NCBI GenBank assembly: GCA_032654565.1
Contig: JAULAX010000015.1
Location: 544,001 to 608,000, forward strand
Length of the DNA stretch: 64,000 bases
Source of the DNA: Anaeromyxobacteraceae bacterium
GTDB lineage: Bacteria; Myxococcota; Myxococcia; Myxococcales; Anaeromyxobacteraceae
Direction: 5' to 3'
Shown: piece after piece, positions 63,383 to 64,000 of the stretch
How the letters are laid out: each line of letters starts with the position of its first letter
Numbering within the stretch: the first letter of the stretch is position 1
Notes under the pieces: generated by a model
Told to the model about the DNA's origin: nothing
Databases searched by the model: none
What the model saw: the letters and a program-made list of their open reading frames with translations, nothing else
Made by a program: the position numbers and the translations under genes

Positions 63383-63999
63383 AGCGTCACCCCCACGAGG
63401 AGACCCAGCGTATTCGCGTCCGTCACCGGTCCCCCAACCTGCAACTGCTGGCGCTCCAGCGCGAATCGCAGGCCGAACGAGACCGATGCCGCGTCCGTGC
63501 GCACCGGTGTGATCCACTCCGCCTGTGCGACGAGAGCGAGCGAATTCCTCAGCTCCAGGTCGGGCCCGCCGGTGACGCTCGTCCCCTGGTACTTCGGCGA
63601 GAGGGAGATGCACGCGCCAGTGGAGAGGCGCGCGCGAACGAAATTGAGCGCCGCCAGGATCTCCAAGGGGAATGCCAGGTAGCGGAAGCTCCCTTGGCCA
63701 GAGGCGGCGAGGCCGTACTTGATGCCGAATGTCGCCCTCAGGTCGAACGAGGGGCTTGCGGTGGGCCGGATCGCGACACCGGCAGAGAGCACCCCGCCGT
63801 TCGCCTTGAGCGCTTCGGTGTGTCCGTCCGGGAACGGGACCTGCAAGGACTGTGTAACCCCAAGGTCGTAGCGCGCCGCGGCGATGAAGCGGACCTTTGG
63901 GCCGGGCGGGCCCGGCGGCGCAGCGGACGTGGACTCTGCGGCCGGCGCCTCGGCCGCCTGGGCGTGGCCGCAGAGCAAGAGCAAGACCGCGACAAGCCT
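63379..63999 (-). CDS. Outer-membrane beta-barrel protein; 5' end lies outside the window
   Basis: Signal peptide ..AVLLLLCGHAQA, amphipathic strands, ends LGLLVGVTL; frame stays open to the window edge. Confidence 0.65.
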   Translation of the reverse strand, partial: RLVAVLLLLCGHAQAAEAPAAESTSAAPPGPPGPKVRFIAAARYDLGVTQSLQVPFPDGHTEALKANGGVLSAGVAIRPTASPSFDLRATFGIKYGLAASGQGSFRYLAFPLEILAALNFVRARLSTGACISLSPKYQGTSVTGGPDLELRNSLALVAQAEWITPVRTDAASVSFGLRFALERQQLQVGGPVTDANTLGLLVGVTL

Positions 64000-64000
64000 C

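Overview
A 64 kb stretch of a very GC-rich bacterial chromosome whose gene content and style suggest an Anaeromyxobacter-like myxobacterium (inference). About 50 genes are recognisable. Many concern lipid or acyl-CoA metabolism: fadH, a three-gene 2-hydroxyacyl-CoA dehydratase/activase set, a Cfa-family methyltransferase with a chalcone-isomerase-like protein, two acyl-CoA dehydrogenases, a 3-hydroxyacyl-CoA dehydrogenase, FabH, a lysophospholipase and a cNMP-patatin. Also present are pgi, a 2-oxoacid:ferredoxin oxidoreductase, LemA/HtpX, an ~8.2 kb cyclic beta-1,2-glucan synthase, several peptidases and regulators. I see no rRNA, tRNA, CRISPR array or classical transposase. The best unexplained signals are non-coding. 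(1) A self-contained ~150-nt candidate sRNA at 13.49-13.64 kb has its own sigma70-like promoter, a three-way junction, a repeated CCCGAG motif and a terminal 12-bp stem. (2) A ~300-nt multi-branched structured region sits directly upstream of an HNH endonuclease in an apparent insertion beside a truncated Fpg/Nei gene. (3) A twin-hairpin element lies at 23.56-23.63 kb. Two gene scars, two clear operator palindromes (PadR, MarR), an unannotated 42-aa membrane protein and a possible dual-start VOC protein are also reported. All RNA structures were paired by eye, not computed, and family assignments come from motif recognition without database searches.
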